From positions 1 through 30,667 of the forward strand of contig DASRUF010000154.1 in assembly GCA_035655575.1 (NCBI GenBank): 30,667 nucleotides of DNA, written 5' to 3'. This DNA comes from Bacteroidota bacterium. Its GTDB lineage: Bacteria; Bacteroidota; Ignavibacteria; UBA10030; SZUA-254. The notes beneath the pieces are model-generated. The model saw only the letters and a program-made list of their open reading frames with translations, had not been told where the DNA came from and ran no database searches. Position 1 is the first letter of the stretch. Every line of letters begins with the position of its first letter. The position numbers were made by a program, and so were the translations under genes. Positions 1 through 11,304 of the stretch are shown here, piece after piece.

Positions 1-1
1 G

Positions 2-217
2 AAGACTCCCCCAGCCTCTGTGCTATTAGCGAGAGCCTCGAAAGTTGAAAAAGGCTCAGGCGAACCAAATCGGAATAAAGTTGGAAAGGTGACAAAAAAA
101 CAATTGAGAGAAATCGCTGAACTTAAAATGCCGGATCTAAATGCGAATGATGTTGAGGCTGCGATGACGATGATAGCAGGAACAGCGCGTAGTATGGGAC
201 TTACCGTGGAGGAATGA
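2..217 (+). CDS. rplK: 50S ribosomal protein L11, C-terminal part (5' truncated by the window edge)
   Basis: Frame is open from base 2: KTPPASVLL...[14 protein letters not shown]...[29 protein letters not shown], the L11 C-terminal domain. Directly upstream of rplA. Confidence 0.97.
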   Translation, partial: KTPPASVLLARASKVEKGSGEPNRNKVGKVTKKQLREIAELKMPDLNANDVEAAMTMIAGTARSMGLTVEE

Positions 218-266
218 TACTCCCGTTAGTCAATGAAGTTTTCAAGATCACTCTAAGGAAAAATAA

Positions 267-962
267 ATGAAAAGAAGTAAACGCTATAATGAAATAGTGA
301 AGAAAATCGATCAAACGAAGATTTATGCGATTGAGGAAGCAGTTGCGAGAATCAAAGATACAGCCACTGCAAAATTAAGTGAAACAATCGATATCGCAGT
401 TCGGCTTGGAGTTGACCCGAAAAAAGCTGATCAAGCCGTAAGGGGTACAGTCGCCTTACCACATGGAATTGGAAAAGAAGTGCGAGTATTAGTTCTTGCA
501 AAGCCGCCGAAGGATGAAGAAGCCAGAGAGGCTGGTGCCGATCATGTCGGTTTTCAAGATTATATCCAGAAAATTCAACAAGGGTGGGCTGATGTTGATG
601 TAATTATTGCAACCCCGGATACCATGAGTGATGTCGGAAAATTAGGTAAAGCTCTAGGTCCACGAGGGTTGATGCCTAATCCAAAAAGTGGTACCGTGAC
701 TGTTGATGTGGCAAAAGCCGTGAAAGAAATCAAAGCTGGAAAAATTGAATTCCGTGTTGACAAGGCTGGAATAATCCATGCTGCTGTGGGTAAAGTAAAT
801 TTTGATAATAAAAAGTTAGTGGAAAATATCGATGCTTTCTTAGGTACGATTGTAAAGCTTAAACCATCATCTGCAAAAGGACAATACATCAAAACAATTG
901 CGATATCAAGCACAATGGGACCCAGTGTTAGAATCGATAAAGCGGTGATTGGTATACACTAA
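267..962 (+). CDS. rplA: 50S ribosomal protein L1
   Basis: 231 aa with [25 protein letters not shown] and STMGP motifs. SD TAAGGA at 254-259. Confidence 0.99.
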   Translation: MKRSKRYNEIVKKIDQTKIYAIEEAVARIKDTATAKLSETIDIAVRLGVDPKKADQAVRGTVALPHGIGKEVRVLVLAKPPKDEEAREAGADHVGFQDYIQKIQQGWADVDVIIATPDTMSDVGKLGKALGPRGLMPNPKSGTVTVDVAKAVKEIKAGKIEFRVDKAGIIHAAVGKVNFDNKKLVENIDAFLGTIVKLKPSSAKGQYIKTIAISSTMGPSVRIDKAVIGIH

Positions 963-1001
963 AAGTTTAAATATTACGCACTCAATATTAATACTCGTTT
1001 A

Positions 1002-1036
1002 CACCTGCCTCAAATTATTTGGGGGCTTCTCAGGTG
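1002..1036 (+). promoter_or_regulatory. Stem-loop in the rplA-rplJ spacer; candidate L10 leader element
   Basis: CACCTG(1002-1007) pairs with CAGGTG(1031-1036); upper stem CCTCAAA(1008-1014)/TTTGGGG(1018-1024). It sits where L10(L12)n autoregulatory leaders normally lie. Not matched to a covariance model. Confidence 0.4.
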
Positions 1037-1061
1037 ATCACATAGACCAAATGAGGACAGA

Positions 1062-1583
1062 ATGAAGCAACAAGAAAAAGATCAAATAATTTCCGAAGTC
1101 AGTAAAAAAATCGCTCAAGCGAAAAGCTTGTTCTTCACCGATTTTAACGGAATCACGGTGGAGCAGATCAATGAGCTTCGTCGTGATTTCCGAAAATCGA
1201 AGATCGAATATCGAGTTGTCAAGAATACTCTTGTGCGAAAAGCATTAGAACGCATTGGTGGTTATGATAAGGTTTCAAATCATCTTATCGGCCATACTGC
1301 TATTGCGTTTGGATTTGACGATCCGATCGCACCTGCAAAAATCATTAAGAAATTTCATGATAAACATGAAAAGCTTAAGGTTAAAATCTGCATCATTGAA
1401 AGCCAAGTTTTTCAGGGTAACCGACTTGATGAACTGGCGAAACTTCCAACACGATCGGAAATCATCGCAGGTGTGCTTGGAAGTCTTCAATCACCTCTTG
1501 TTGGGATTGTGAGTGTGTTGAATTCCGTATTAGGTGATGTTGTGAACGTCATTGATGCGATACAAAAAAAGAAGGCAGCATAA
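1062..1583 (+). CDS. rplJ: 50S ribosomal protein L10
   Basis: 173 aa with ELRRDFRKS-YRVVKNTL and LAKLPTRSE motifs; lies between rplA and rplL. Confidence 0.98.
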   Translation: MKQQEKDQIISEVSKKIAQAKSLFFTDFNGITVEQINELRRDFRKSKIEYRVVKNTLVRKALERIGGYDKVSNHLIGHTAIAFGFDDPIAPAKIIKKFHDKHEKLKVKICIIESQVFQGNRLDELAKLPTRSEIIAGVLGSLQSPLVGIVSVLNSVLGDVVNVIDAIQKKKAA

Positions 1584-1629
1584 ATTTTTTCCATCATTTT
1601 AATTCATATTTGAAAAAGGAGAAATAACA

Positions 1630-2013
1630 ATGTCTACTGTACTTGAAATTGTTGAAAGAATAGAAAAATTAACACTTCTTGAGGCTGCGGAACTGAAGAA
1701 GGCCTTAGAAGAAAAATTTGGGGTTACGGCAGCAGTACCCATGGTTGCTGGTGGTGCAATGTCCGCCGGCGCAGGTGTAGCAGCTGCAGCCGTAGAAGCA
1801 CAAACAGAGTTTTCTGTTGTTTTAAAAAGTACTGGTGCTCAGAAAATAAATGTCATTAAAGTTGTCCGGGCTGCGACGGGACTCGGTTTGAAGGAAGCTA
1901 AAGATTTGGTAGACGGTGCACCTAAAACTATCAAAGAGGGATTGAATAAGGACGATGCCGAAAAACTAAAGAAAGAGCTTGAAGAAGCTGGTGCCCAAGT
2001 AGAGTTGAAGTAA
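1630..2013 (+). CDS. rplL: 50S ribosomal protein L7/L12
   Basis: 127 aa with [10 protein letters not shown], Ala/Gly hinge and [36 protein letters not shown] upstream. Confidence 0.99.
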   Translation: MSTVLEIVERIEKLTLLEAAELKKALEEKFGVTAAVPMVAGGAMSAGAGVAAAAVEAQTEFSVVLKSTGAQKINVIKVVRAATGLGLKEAKDLVDGAPKTIKEGLNKDDAEKLKKELEEAGAQVELK

Positions 2014-2103
2014 TTTTTCTCTGAATTATTACGTTTTTCATATTCGTCAAATCGAGTTCTTTTTGTCAGGCTTAAACAGAAGAAACACTATATTTTTTGT
2101 TTT

Positions 2104-2150
2104 AACCGATAACAGGTTTCGAATACATGTTATCGGTTTGCTATTTTTTT
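2104..2150 (+). terminator. Hairpin plus T-tract in the rplL-rpoB spacer; candidate attenuator/weak terminator
   Basis: Perfect 11-bp inverted repeat AACCGATAACA(2104-2114)/TGTTATCGGTT(2128-2138), followed by TGCTATTTTTTT. Confidence 0.45.
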
Positions 2151-2246
2151 AGAAGTGATATTCCAATTTCAAATTATGAGTTAAGGCCGTGTGAGTTAGA
2201 GTGGACGGCTTTAAAATGAATTCAATCTTATAAAAAGGATTCAACA

Positions 2247-5200
2247 TTGAGAACACAACATAATCAAAAGAAGGGACGCATTTCGTTTGCGAAGTATCCA
2301 CAAATTCTTGAGTACCCAGATCTCCTCAACGTTCAATTAGAATCGTGGGAAAATTTCTTACAAGCAAATGTGTTGCCTGAGAAACGACAGAATAAAGGGT
2401 TACAGCAAATATTTCTGATGAATTTTCCAATAACTGATGCGAGGGAAAATTACATCTTGGAGTTTGTTCAGTATAATGTAGAAAAACCCAAATATTCCGT
2501 CATTGAATGCCAAGAACGTGGATTGACCTATGCAGTTCCGCTCAAAGCCAAGTTAAGACTCTCGACAAAAAGTGATGATGGGAAAAGCTATGTAGATATA
2601 GTAGAACAAGATGTATATCTTGGCAATTTACCCACGATGACCCATCGAGGGACTTATATCATTAACGGTTCAGAGCGTGTGGTTGTTAGCCAATTGCATC
2701 GTTCACCCGGAGTTTTTTTCGATGAATCAGTTCATCCGAATGGGATGTCGATCTATTCTGCGAGGATTATTCCGTTTCGTGGCTCATGGGTTGAATTTAC
2801 AACCGATATCAGTAACGTCATGTATGTTTACATTGATCGGAAAAAAAAGTTTCCCGTAACTACCCTCCTGAGAGCGCTAGGTTATTCCTCAGATGATGAA
2901 ATTCTGCAATTATTTAATCTCGTTGAAGAGGTTGATCCACATAAAGTAAACTTAAAGGATTATATCGACAGAATTGTTTGTAGCGATGTTGTTGATAAGA
3001 AGACCGGTGAAATTTTTATCAATAAGGATTCGCAATTTAACGAAGAACTTCTCAAGCGGGTGAAGAAAACAGATATTAAAAAGATCAGATTCCTGAAATA
3101 TGAAGGATTAGGAGAGAGTTCGGTTATTGCAAATACAATTCAAAAAGATACAGCGAGAACAGATGAAGAGGCATTAAATGCAATTTATCAGCAATTACGT
3201 TCAGGCGAGGCTCCGGACCTAGATACTGCCAAGAATCTTTTACAAAGATTATTTTTCAATGAAAAACGGTACGACCTTGGGAATGTCGGTCGTTATCGCA
3301 TGAATGCAAAATTAGGTTTAAACATACCAACGACCACAACAACACTTACAAAAGAAGATATTATTGCCATTATAAATTATCTGATTGAATTACAGCAGGG
3401 GAAGAAAACCTTTGATGACATCGATCATCTTGGAAATCGTAGAGTGAGAACTGTGGGTGAACAGATTTCGCAGCAATTCAATATAGGTCTCGCCCGGATG
3501 TCAAGAACAGTACGTGAACGACTTAGTCTACGTGACCAAGAAAAAATAACACCACAAGATTTAGTAAATGCGCGTACGATCACAAGCGTTGTTAATGCAT
3601 TCTTTGGAACAAATCAATTGTCACAGTTCATGGATCAAACCAATCCACTTGCAGAAATTACTCACAAGCGGCGTATGTCTGCGTTAGGACCCGGTGGTTT
3701 AACACGTGAACGAGCGGGATTTGAAGTCCGAGACGTCCACTACACACATTACGGACGTCTTTGTCCAATAGAAACTCCAGAAGGACCGAATATCGGGTTG
3801 ATTTCTTCATTGTGTATCTATGCACGTGTAAATGAATTTGGTTTTATCGAAACCCCTTATCGTAAAGTGAAAAATGGAAGAGTCTCAAGTGATATTGAAT
3901 TTATGACGGCGGATAAGGAAGACGTCTTTACAATTGCACAAGCAAACGCATCCACTGATGATAAAGGAAAATTTCTCGCCGAACGCATCAAGGCGCGTTT
4001 ACAAAGCGACTATCCATTAGCCAAGCCGGAAGAAATCCAATATATGGATGTTGCACCCAATCAACTTGTTAGCGCAGCGGCAGCACTTATTCCATTTCTT
4101 GAACACGACGATGCGAATAGAGCTCTCATGGGGTCTAATATGCAGCGCCAAGCGGTTCCCTTGCTTCGTCCGGAAGCCCCAATTGTTGGTACTGGCTTGG
4201 AAGAGAAGATTGCTTGTGATGCTCGGACGTTGATTGTTGCTGAGCGAAATGGGGTTGTGGAATATGTTGACTCGAAATCGATCATTGTTAATTATGACAT
4301 TGATGAAAACAGTACAGAAACATTGGTCAGTTTCGATGATAAGAAGCGAGTCGAATACCAGCTGGTAAAATTTTTTAGAACAAACCAAGATACTTGTATC
4401 AATCAGCGAGCAGTAGTTAAGCCAGGTCAACGCATAAAAAAGGGCGATGTTCTTGCTGATGGTTGTGCGACAGATAATGGAGAGTTGGCCCTTGGAAGAA
4501 ATATCCTTGTGGCATTTATGCCTTGGCGCGGATACAATTTTGAAGATGCTATTATCATCAATGATCGTCTGGTTGCTGAAGATGTTTTTACGTCTTTACA
4601 CATAGAGGAGTTTGAACTTCAAGTACGCGATACTAAACGAGGTGAAGAAGAATTAACGCGCGAAATACCGAATGTGAGTGAGGATGCAGTAAAAGATTTA
4701 GATGAATATGGTATAGTCCGAGTTGGAGCCGAAGTTGTTGAAGGAGATATTCTCATTGGTAAGATAACCCCAAAAGGAGAAACTGAATCAACTCCAGAAG
4801 AGAAATTATTGAAGGCAATATTCGGTGAAAAAGCAGGCGATGTGAAAGATGCCTCTTTGAAAGCACCCCCAGGAATGAAAGGTATTGTAATTGCAACGAA
4901 ACTCTTCAGCAGAAAAAAGAAAGATTCTGAATCAAAAAAAGAAGACAAGCATCTCCTTGAACGACTTGATCGAGCTCATAAGAAAAGTTTAAAAGAGAAT
5001 ATTGAAAAATTGGAAAGGAAGCTTGGCTTACTACTTGATGGTGAGAAATCGATAGGGATCCGTAAGCTAGGCGGTGATATAGCGATTAGGAGTGGTACAA
5101 TTTTAAAGGATGATACATTTATTGGTTTTTCTGATATCGAAAAACTTGATTGTAATTCAGAATGGGTCGAAGATAAACGAAAGAATACCCTGATGACAAA

Positions 5201-6023
5201 AGTTTTTGATAATTTTTTCCAAAAACAAAATGATATTGATGAATATTACAAACATGAAAAAACGAAGATTCAAATCGGCGATGAATTACCCTCGGGAATT
5301 GTTCAATTAGCTAAAGTTTATGTGGCGAAGAAGCGGAAATTATCAGTTGGTGATAAGATGGCGGGGCGGCATGGGAACAAGGGTGTCGTCGCTAAAATAG
5401 TTCCACAAGAGGATATGCCGTTTTTACCCGATGGAACACCAGTGGATATCGTCCTGAATCCCTTAGGAGTTCCTTCGCGCATGAATCTTGGCCAACTTTT
5501 TGAAACCGCCCTCGGTTGGGCTGGAACAAAACTCGATGTTAAGTATGCTACCCCAATATTTGATGGAGCGACATGGGAAGATGTTCGATCGGAATTATCT
5601 AAGGCAGGTCTCAATATTAATTCAAAAAGCGTCCTTATTGATGGTCGTTCAGGTGAACCATTTGATCAGGAGGTTACCATCGGAAATATTTATATGATGA
5701 AACTTTCGCATCTTGTCGACGATAAGATTCATGCACGCTCAATCGGTCCTTATTCCCTCATCACCCAACAACCGCTTGGTGGAAAAGCCCAATTCGGAGG
5801 ACAACGATTTGGGGAGATGGAAGTTTGGGCACTCGAAGCATATGGTGCGGCAAACATACTACAGGAAATGATTACGGTAAAAAGTGACGACGTGTACGGT
5901 CGCGCTAAACTGTATGAAGCAATTGTAAAGGGTGATAATCTACCAGAACCAAACGTTCCTGAATCCTTCAATGTATTAGTTCGCGAATTGATGGGTTTGG
6001 GATTAGACATTGCTATTGACTAA
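2247..6023 (+). CDS. rpoB: DNA-directed RNA polymerase subunit beta
   Basis: 1258 aa. TTG start with AGGA 7 nt upstream. Motifs [30 protein letters not shown] and [18 protein letters not shown]. Confidence 0.99.
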   Translation: MRTQHNQKKGRISFAKYPQILEYPDLLNVQLESWENFLQANVLPEKRQNKGLQQIFLMNFPITDARENYILEFVQYNVEKPKYSVIECQERGLTYAVPLKAKLRLSTKSDDGKSYVDIVEQDVYLGNLPTMTHRGTYIINGSERVVVSQLHRSPGVFFDESVHPNGMSIYSARIIPFRGSWVEFTTDISNVMYVYIDRKKKFPVTTLLRALGYSSDDEILQLFNLVEEVDPHKVNLKDYIDRIVCSDVVDKKTGEIFINKDSQFNEELLKRVKKTDIKKIRFLKYEGLGESSVIANTIQKDTARTDEEALNAIYQQLRSGEAPDLDTAKNLLQRLFFNEKRYDLGNVGRYRMNAKLGLNIPTTTTTLTKEDIIAIINYLIELQQGKKTFDDIDHLGNRRVRTVGEQISQQFNIGLARMSRTVRERLSLRDQEKITPQDLVNARTITSVVNAFFGTNQLSQFMDQTNPLAEITHKRRMSALGPGGLTRERAGFEVRDVHYTHYGRLCPIETPEGPNIGLISSLCIYARVNEFGFIETPYRKVKNGRVSSDIEFMTADKEDVFTIAQANASTDDKGKFLAERIKARLQSDYPLAKPEEIQYMDVAPNQLVSAAAALIPFLEHDDANRALMGSNMQRQAVPLLRPEAPIVGTGLEEKIACDARTLIVAERNGVVEYVDSKSIIVNYDIDENSTETLVSFDDKKRVEYQLVKFFRTNQDTCINQRAVVKPGQRIKKGDVLADGCATDNGELALGRNILVAFMPWRGYNFEDAIIINDRLVAEDVFTSLHIEEFELQVRDTKRGEEELTREIPNVSEDAVKDLDEYGIVRVGAEVVEGDILIGKITPKGETESTPEEKLLKAIFGEKAGDVKDASLKAPPGMKGIVIATKLFSRKKKDSESKKEDKHLLERLDRAHKKSLKENIEKLERKLGLLLDGEKSIGIRKLGGDIAIRSGTILKDDTFIGFSDIEKLDCNSEWVEDKRKNTLMTKVFDNFFQKQNDIDEYYKHEKTKIQIGDELPSGIVQLAKVYVAKKRKLSVGDKMAGRHGNKGVVAKIVPQEDMPFLPDGTPVDIVLNPLGVPSRMNLGQLFETALGWAGTKLDVKYATPIFDGATWEDVRSELSKAGLNINSKSVLIDGRSGEPFDQEVTIGNIYMMKLSHLVDDKIHARSIGPYSLITQQPLGGKAQFGGQRFGEMEVWALEAYGAANILQEMITVKSDDVYGRAKLYEAIVKGDNLPEPNVPESFNVLVRELMGLGLDIAID

Positions 6024-6042
6024 TACTAATCGGAGAATAACA

Positions 6043-9000
6043 ATGATTTCTACTTCGCATGAAGCTCTCGCGACAAAAAACTTTTCGAGGATCACGATAT
6101 CGTTAGCCTCATCGGATTTGATTCTGTCTCGATCGCATGGAGAGGTGACGAAACCAGAAACGATTAATTATCGGTCGTTCCGTCCTGAAAAGGATGGATT
6201 GTTTTGTGAAAAGATCTTTGGGCCGGTTCGAGATTGGGAATGTCATTGTGGTAAATATAAACGGATTCGTTATAAAGGAATCATCTGTGATCGATGCGGT
6301 GTTGAGGTCACACAAAAGAGTGTTCGGAGGGAACGAATGGGACACATCTCACTAGCAGTTCCCATAGTCCACATCTGGTATTTCAAATCAGCACCATCGA
6401 AGATCGGATGTACTCTTGGATTGAGTACAAAAGATCTCGAAAAAATTATCTATTACGAATCCTATGTTGTAATCCAGCCAGGCCCAACAGGTCTCCATCG
6501 AATGGATCTTCTTTCTGAAGACCAATATTATGACGTTCTTACTTCCATTCCAGAAAAAAATCAGGAACTAGATAATCGTGACGAAAAAAAGTTCATTGCA
6601 AAGATTGGCGGAGATGCTATTAAGGACCTTCTTCAGAGAGTGGAGATTGAAACTCTTGCTATAGAATTGCGTGTGGGCATTAAAGGTGAGAATTCATTAC
6701 AGAAAAAACAAGAATTATTAAAACGATTAAGAGTAGTCGAAGCATTTCGTGAACGGGAAGATAGACCTGTTAATAAGCCATCATGGATGGTGCTCGATGT
6801 CATTCCTGTTATCCCACCGGAATTACGTCCTCTCGTACCTCTCGAAGGCGGCCGATTTGCAACCTCGGATTTAAATGATCTGTACCGTCGTGTGATTATT
6901 CGCAACAACAGATTGAAGAGATTAATCGAGATAAAGGCGCCTGAAGTGATTCTTCGTAATGAGAAGAGAATGTTACAAGAGGCTGTAGATTCCTTGTTCG
7001 ATAATTCTCGTAAAGTCAATGCTGTTCGTTCAGATAACAACCGAGCACTTAAATCTCTCTCGGATATGTTGAAAGGTAAACAGGGCCGGTTTCGGCAGAA
7101 TTTACTTGGAAAACGTGTCGATTATTCGGGTCGTTCAGTTATTGTTGTCGGTCCAGAATTGAGACTTCATGAATGTGGTCTGCCAAAAGACATGGCTGTG
7201 GAATTATTTAAACCATTTATCATTCGGAAACTCATCGAACGTGGCTTAGTGAAAACTGTTAAGAGCGCGAAGAAAATGGTAGATAAAAAGGGTCAGGAGG
7301 TTTGGGAAATTCTTGAACTCATCATCGATGGTCATCCAATATTGTTGAATCGTGCTCCAACCCTCCATCGACTGGGAATTCAGGCGTTTCAGCCAGTCCT
7401 TGTTGAAGGTAAGGCGATTCGTATTCATCCCATGGTATGCACGGCGTTCAATGCTGATTTCGACGGTGACCAGATGGCTGTTCACATACCACTTTCATTC
7501 GATGCTCAGCTAGAAGCTCGCATACTCATGCTATCGAGTCATAATATACTATCGCCATCAAATGGTTCACCCATTGTTCATCCGACGCAAGATCAGGTTT
7601 TGGGGTGTTATTATTTAACAAAATCTAAACCAGAAGACATGGGTGAGGGCAAAATATTTTCATCATGTCAAGAAGTTATTATTGCATATAACTTGAATAA
7701 AGTAGGTTTACATGCTAAGATAAAAGTAAGGATAGATGGGAAGCTTATAGAGACAACAACGGGAAGAGTCGTTTTCAATCAAATTGTTCCTAAGGAATTC
7801 GGTTATATCAACGAGCTTTTGAATAAAAACAGGATCATCCAGATTGTTCAATCTGTATTCCGAACCTGTGGTAACCTTCGAACTTCTGAGTTTTTGGATA
7901 ATCTCAAAGATATTGGATTTACGTATGCAACAAAAGGTGGGCTCTCAGTGAGTGTTGGTGATGTCGTTATTCCAAAGGAAAAGGAAGATGTTATTAACAA
8001 AGCATTGCACGATGTCGATAATGTGCAAAACCAGTATTACAATGGATATATCACCAACGGCGAGCGTTATAATAAGGTAATTGATATTTGGACTCGGGCT
8101 ACCAACAAAGTTGGAGAGCGTTTATTCTCTTCCCTCCAGCACGATCATGATGGTTTCAATTCACTCTACATGATGGTCGATTCTGGTGCACGCGGATCAA
8201 AGGAACAAGTACGCCAGCTTGCTGGTATGAGAGGATTGATGGCTAAGCCTCAAAAAAGCATGTCTGGGGCGACTGGGGAATTAATCGAAAATCCAATAAT
8301 TGCCAATTTCCGTGAAGGGTTATCGGTGTTGGAATATTTTATCTCCACACATGGTGCACGAAAGGGACTTGCCGATACGGCATTGAAGACAGCAGATGCA
8401 GGATACTTGACTCGTCGTCTCGTCGATGTTGCACAAGATGCAATCATAGCCAGCGAAGATTGCGGTACAATTCGCGGAGTACGCACAGGTGCACTTAAAG
8501 AAGGCGAGGACGTTAAAGAACCACTTGCAGAGCGAATTCTTGGACGTGTATCAGTTCATGACGTAATTGATCCTCTGACAAGAAAAGTTATTGTGAAAGC
8601 TGGAGAGGAGATCGATGAAAAGAAAGCCGCTGCAATTTCTGATACGTCCATCGAGACTGTTGAGATCCGTTCAGTACTTGCTTGTGAATCAAAACGTGGT
8701 GTATGTGCAAAATGTTATGGACGAAATCTCACTACCTCTAAGATGGTCCAACCGGGTGAACCCGTTGGCATCATTGCCGCGCAATCGATTGGTGAGCCAG
8801 GAACTCAATTGACTCTGAGAACTTTTCACACTGGAGGAACGGCGAACCTTATTGCAACTCAATCTCAAATCGTTTCAAAATTTGATGGAAAAATCAAATA
8901 CGATGGGATAAAATATTTAAAACAAAATGATGTCGATTCAAAACTCATTGTTCTCGGGCGAAGTGGGGTTATTTTTATTATCGATGATGATAATAGAATT

Positions 9001-10320
9001 CTTACTAAGTATGATGTTCCGTATGGCGCTACGTTATTGGTTTCTGACGGAAGTGATGTTAAAAAAGGGGAAATCATCTATGAGTGGGACCCATACAATG
9101 CAGTGATAATTTCTGAACATGCTGGAATTGTCCGATTCCAAGATCTTAAAGAGAACATAACATATCGTGAAGAACCAGATGAACAGACTGGACACATTCA
9201 GAAAGTTGTTATCGATTCTCGTGATCGCTCATTAAGTCCGGCTATCAATATTTTAAACAAGAAAGGACTAAAATTAGGAGGCTATATCATTCCCACACGT
9301 GCGCATATGGTGGTCAATGATGAAGAAGAAGTTCAGGCTGGTACTGTGTTGGTCAAAATTCCTCGCGATAGTGGGAAAACTAGAGATATCACTGGTGGAT
9401 TACCAAGAGTGACTGAGCTTTTTGAAGCAAGAAGCCCTGCTGATCCCGCAATTGTATCGGAGATTGATGGGGTTGTTCGATTTGGTGTGCAGAAGCGTGG
9501 TTCACGGGAAGTCATTGTTCGTAGTCATGACGGATTGGATGAACGTCGATATTTGATCCCAATGGGTAAGCATATACTTATCCAGGATAATGATGTTATC
9601 CGAGCGGGGGAACGATTATCTGATGGAGCAATTGACCCACATGATATTCTTCGTATCAAGGGAGTCGGCGCAGTTGAAGAATATTTAGTGAATGATATCC
9701 AGGAAGTTTATCGAATGCAGGGAGTGAAAATTAATGACAAACATATTGAAGTCATTGTTCGCCAAATGATGCAGAAGGTACGCGTTGCTGACCCTGGCGA
9801 TACTCCTTTTCTTGAGGATGACTATATTGATGTGTATTCTGTCAATCAGGCGAATGAAAATCTCAAGGATATAGTGGTGATTACTCATAAAGGTGATTCG
9901 AAATTGAAGAATGAACAACTGATAAGTAAGAAGAAAATTCGTGAGCTTAATGCAGAGTTAAGGAAAAAGGGTAAAAAGATTGTTGAATACAGGGATGCAG
10001 AACCGGCGACAACAGAACCCTTGCTCTTAGGTATTACGCAAGCAGCACTTTCAACAGACAGCTTTATATCTGCAGCATCATTTCAAGAGACCACAAAAGT
10101 TCTCACAGACGCGGCAATTGAAGGGAAAATAGATCATCTACTGGGATTGAAAGAAAATGTAATTATGGGCCATTTGATTCCAGCTGGTACGGGTATCAAA
10201 AAATTTAGAAATATCATTGTATCACCTCTCAATGACAGTTCGACAGAAGAAGAGTTTCCTGAGCTTGAAATTGTAGAAAAGAAAAAGGTTAAGATTCGTG
10301 AAAAATCCCCAACGGCATAG
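6043..10320 (+). CDS. rpoC: DNA-directed RNA polymerase subunit beta'
   Basis: Catalytic NADFDGD, N-terminal Zn ribbon (CHCGKYK...CDRC) and [13 protein letters not shown]. Start moved to ATG 6043 (SD GGAGA at 6032-6036) from the track's TTG 6010, which overlaps rpoB. 1425 aa. Confidence 0.98.
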   Translation: MISTSHEALATKNFSRITISLASSDLILSRSHGEVTKPETINYRSFRPEKDGLFCEKIFGPVRDWECHCGKYKRIRYKGIICDRCGVEVTQKSVRRERMGHISLAVPIVHIWYFKSAPSKIGCTLGLSTKDLEKIIYYESYVVIQPGPTGLHRMDLLSEDQYYDVLTSIPEKNQELDNRDEKKFIAKIGGDAIKDLLQRVEIETLAIELRVGIKGENSLQKKQELLKRLRVVEAFREREDRPVNKPSWMVLDVIPVIPPELRPLVPLEGGRFATSDLNDLYRRVIIRNNRLKRLIEIKAPEVILRNEKRMLQEAVDSLFDNSRKVNAVRSDNNRALKSLSDMLKGKQGRFRQNLLGKRVDYSGRSVIVVGPELRLHECGLPKDMAVELFKPFIIRKLIERGLVKTVKSAKKMVDKKGQEVWEILELIIDGHPILLNRAPTLHRLGIQAFQPVLVEGKAIRIHPMVCTAFNADFDGDQMAVHIPLSFDAQLEARILMLSSHNILSPSNGSPIVHPTQDQVLGCYYLTKSKPEDMGEGKIFSSCQEVIIAYNLNKVGLHAKIKVRIDGKLIETTTGRVVFNQIVPKEFGYINELLNKNRIIQIVQSVFRTCGNLRTSEFLDNLKDIGFTYATKGGLSVSVGDVVIPKEKEDVINKALHDVDNVQNQYYNGYITNGERYNKVIDIWTRATNKVGERLFSSLQHDHDGFNSLYMMVDSGARGSKEQVRQLAGMRGLMAKPQKSMSGATGELIENPIIANFREGLSVLEYFISTHGARKGLADTALKTADAGYLTRRLVDVAQDAIIASEDCGTIRGVRTGALKEGEDVKEPLAERILGRVSVHDVIDPLTRKVIVKAGEEIDEKKAAAISDTSIETVEIRSVLACESKRGVCAKCYGRNLTTSKMVQPGEPVGIIAAQSIGEPGTQLTLRTFHTGGTANLIATQSQIVSKFDGKIKYDGIKYLKQNDVDSKLIVLGRSGVIFIIDDDNRILTKYDVPYGATLLVSDGSDVKKGEIIYEWDPYNAVIISEHAGIVRFQDLKENITYREEPDEQTGHIQKVVIDSRDRSLSPAINILNKKGLKLGGYIIPTRAHMVVNDEEEVQAGTVLVKIPRDSGKTRDITGGLPRVTELFEARSPADPAIVSEIDGVVRFGVQKRGSREVIVRSHDGLDERRYLIPMGKHILIQDNDVIRAGERLSDGAIDPHDILRIKGVGAVEEYLVNDIQEVYRMQGVKINDKHIEVIVRQMMQKVRVADPGDTPFLEDDYIDVYSVNQANENLKDIVVITHKGDSKLKNEQLISKKKIRELNAELRKKGKKIVEYRDAEPATTEPLLLGITQAALSTDSFISAASFQETTKVLTDAAIEGKIDHLLGLKENVIMGHLIPAGTGIKKFRNIIVSPLNDSSTEEEFPELEIVEKKKVKIREKSPTA

Positions 10321-10353
10321 CAAAAACGAAACTAAGGAAAAAGTAATACAATT

Positions 10354-10382
10354 TTGACAATATGTTAAAAATTTCATATATT
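10354..10382 (+). promoter_or_regulatory. sigma70-type promoter of the str/S10/spc block
   Basis: TTGACA(10354-10359)-17 bp-TATATT(10377-10382) in the rpoC-rpsL spacer. Perfect -35, 5/6 -10, optimal spacing. Confidence 0.8.
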
Positions 10383-10414
10383 TAAAGTCTTAAAGAAATT
10401 AGGAGTATGTCAAA

Positions 10415-10786
10415 CTGCCAACAATAAATCAATTAGTTCGTTTAAGTCGCGAAATGGTGACGTGGAAGAGTAAGGCTCCAGCTCTCGAAAGATCACCTCA
10501 GAAAAGAGGAGTTTGTACAAGAGTTTATACTACGACACCGAAAAAGCCAAATTCCGCCCTACGAAAAGTTGCACGTGTTCGTTTAACCAACGGAATGGAA
10601 GTAACTGCCTACATTCCAGGTGAAGGGCATAATCTGCAAGAACACTCTATCGTGCTAATTCGAGGTGGAAGAGTAAAAGATTTACCTGGTGTGCGGTATC
10701 ATATTATCAGAGGAACTCTTGATACGGCAGGAGTAACAGATCGAAAACAAGGCAGATCGAAATATGGTGCTAAGAAACAAACTTAA
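10415..10786 (+). CDS. rpsL: 30S ribosomal protein S12 (CTG start)
   Basis: CTG CCA ACA ATA AAT CAA TTA GTT CGT reads (M)PTINQLVR, the conserved S12 N-terminus, in frame with the track ORF at 10454. In-frame TAG at 10400-10402. SD AGGAG at 10401-10405. Motifs [11 protein letters not shown] and [11 protein letters not shown]. 123 aa. Confidence 0.97.
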   Translation: MPTINQLVRLSREMVTWKSKAPALERSPQKRGVCTRVYTTTPKKPNSALRKVARVRLTNGMEVTAYIPGEGHNLQEHSIVLIRGGRVKDLPGVRYHIIRGTLDTAGVTDRKQGRSKYGAKKQT

Positions 10787-10801
10787 CTACTGAACTTTTA
10801 A

Positions 10802-11269
10802 ATGCGAAAGAAAGTTGCGACAAAAAGAACAGCGCTTGTGGATCCGAAGTATAAAGATATTTTGGTAGCGAAGTTTACTAACCAGGTCCTCAAACGGGGT
10901 AAAAAACACTTAGCTCGTAGCATTGTTTATGATGCACTTAAAATTGCTGGAGAACGAAGCAAAGCACCAGCACTTGAGATCTTTACCAAGGCAATAAATA
11001 ATGTCAAACCAATGTTAGAAATTCGGGCACGTAGAGTAGGTGGAGCAACCTACCAAATTCCAACAGAAGTAAGGTCGGATCGAAGTATAGCATTGGCAAT
11101 TCGTTGGTTAATAGCTTATGCTAATGAGCGGAAAGATAAGTCAATGTCATTAAAATTAGCTTCAGAATTAATTTCAGCTGCAAATAATGAGGGTAACGCG
11201 GTAAAGAAAAAAGAAGACACTCATAAGATGGCTGAGGCGAATAAGGCCTTTGCACATTTTAAATGGTAA
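10802..11269 (+). CDS. rpsG: 30S ribosomal protein S7
   Basis: 155 aa with RRVGGATYQIP and HKMAEANKAFAHFKW. Confidence 0.99.
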   Translation: MRKKVATKRTALVDPKYKDILVAKFTNQVLKRGKKHLARSIVYDALKIAGERSKAPALEIFTKAINNVKPMLEIRARRVGGATYQIPTEVRSDRSIALAIRWLIAYANERKDKSMSLKLASELISAANNEGNAVKKKEDTHKMAEANKAFAHFKW

Positions 11270-11304
11270 TTTTGTAATACAATTAAATTGTAACTAAACT
11301 AAGT

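Noticed and set aside
3601-3820. Rifampicin-resistance region of rpoB
   Set aside because: Residues equivalent to E. coli Q513, D516, H526 and S531 are wild type ([21 protein letters not shown]). The Ala at the S522 position is common natural variation.
10520-10700. Streptomycin-resistance positions in S12
   Set aside because: TPKKPNS and RVKDLPG are wild type.
11278-11292. Palindrome TACAAT-TAA-ATTGTA between rpsG and fusA
   Set aside because: It is short and almost entirely A/T in an AT-rich spacer, so likely chance.
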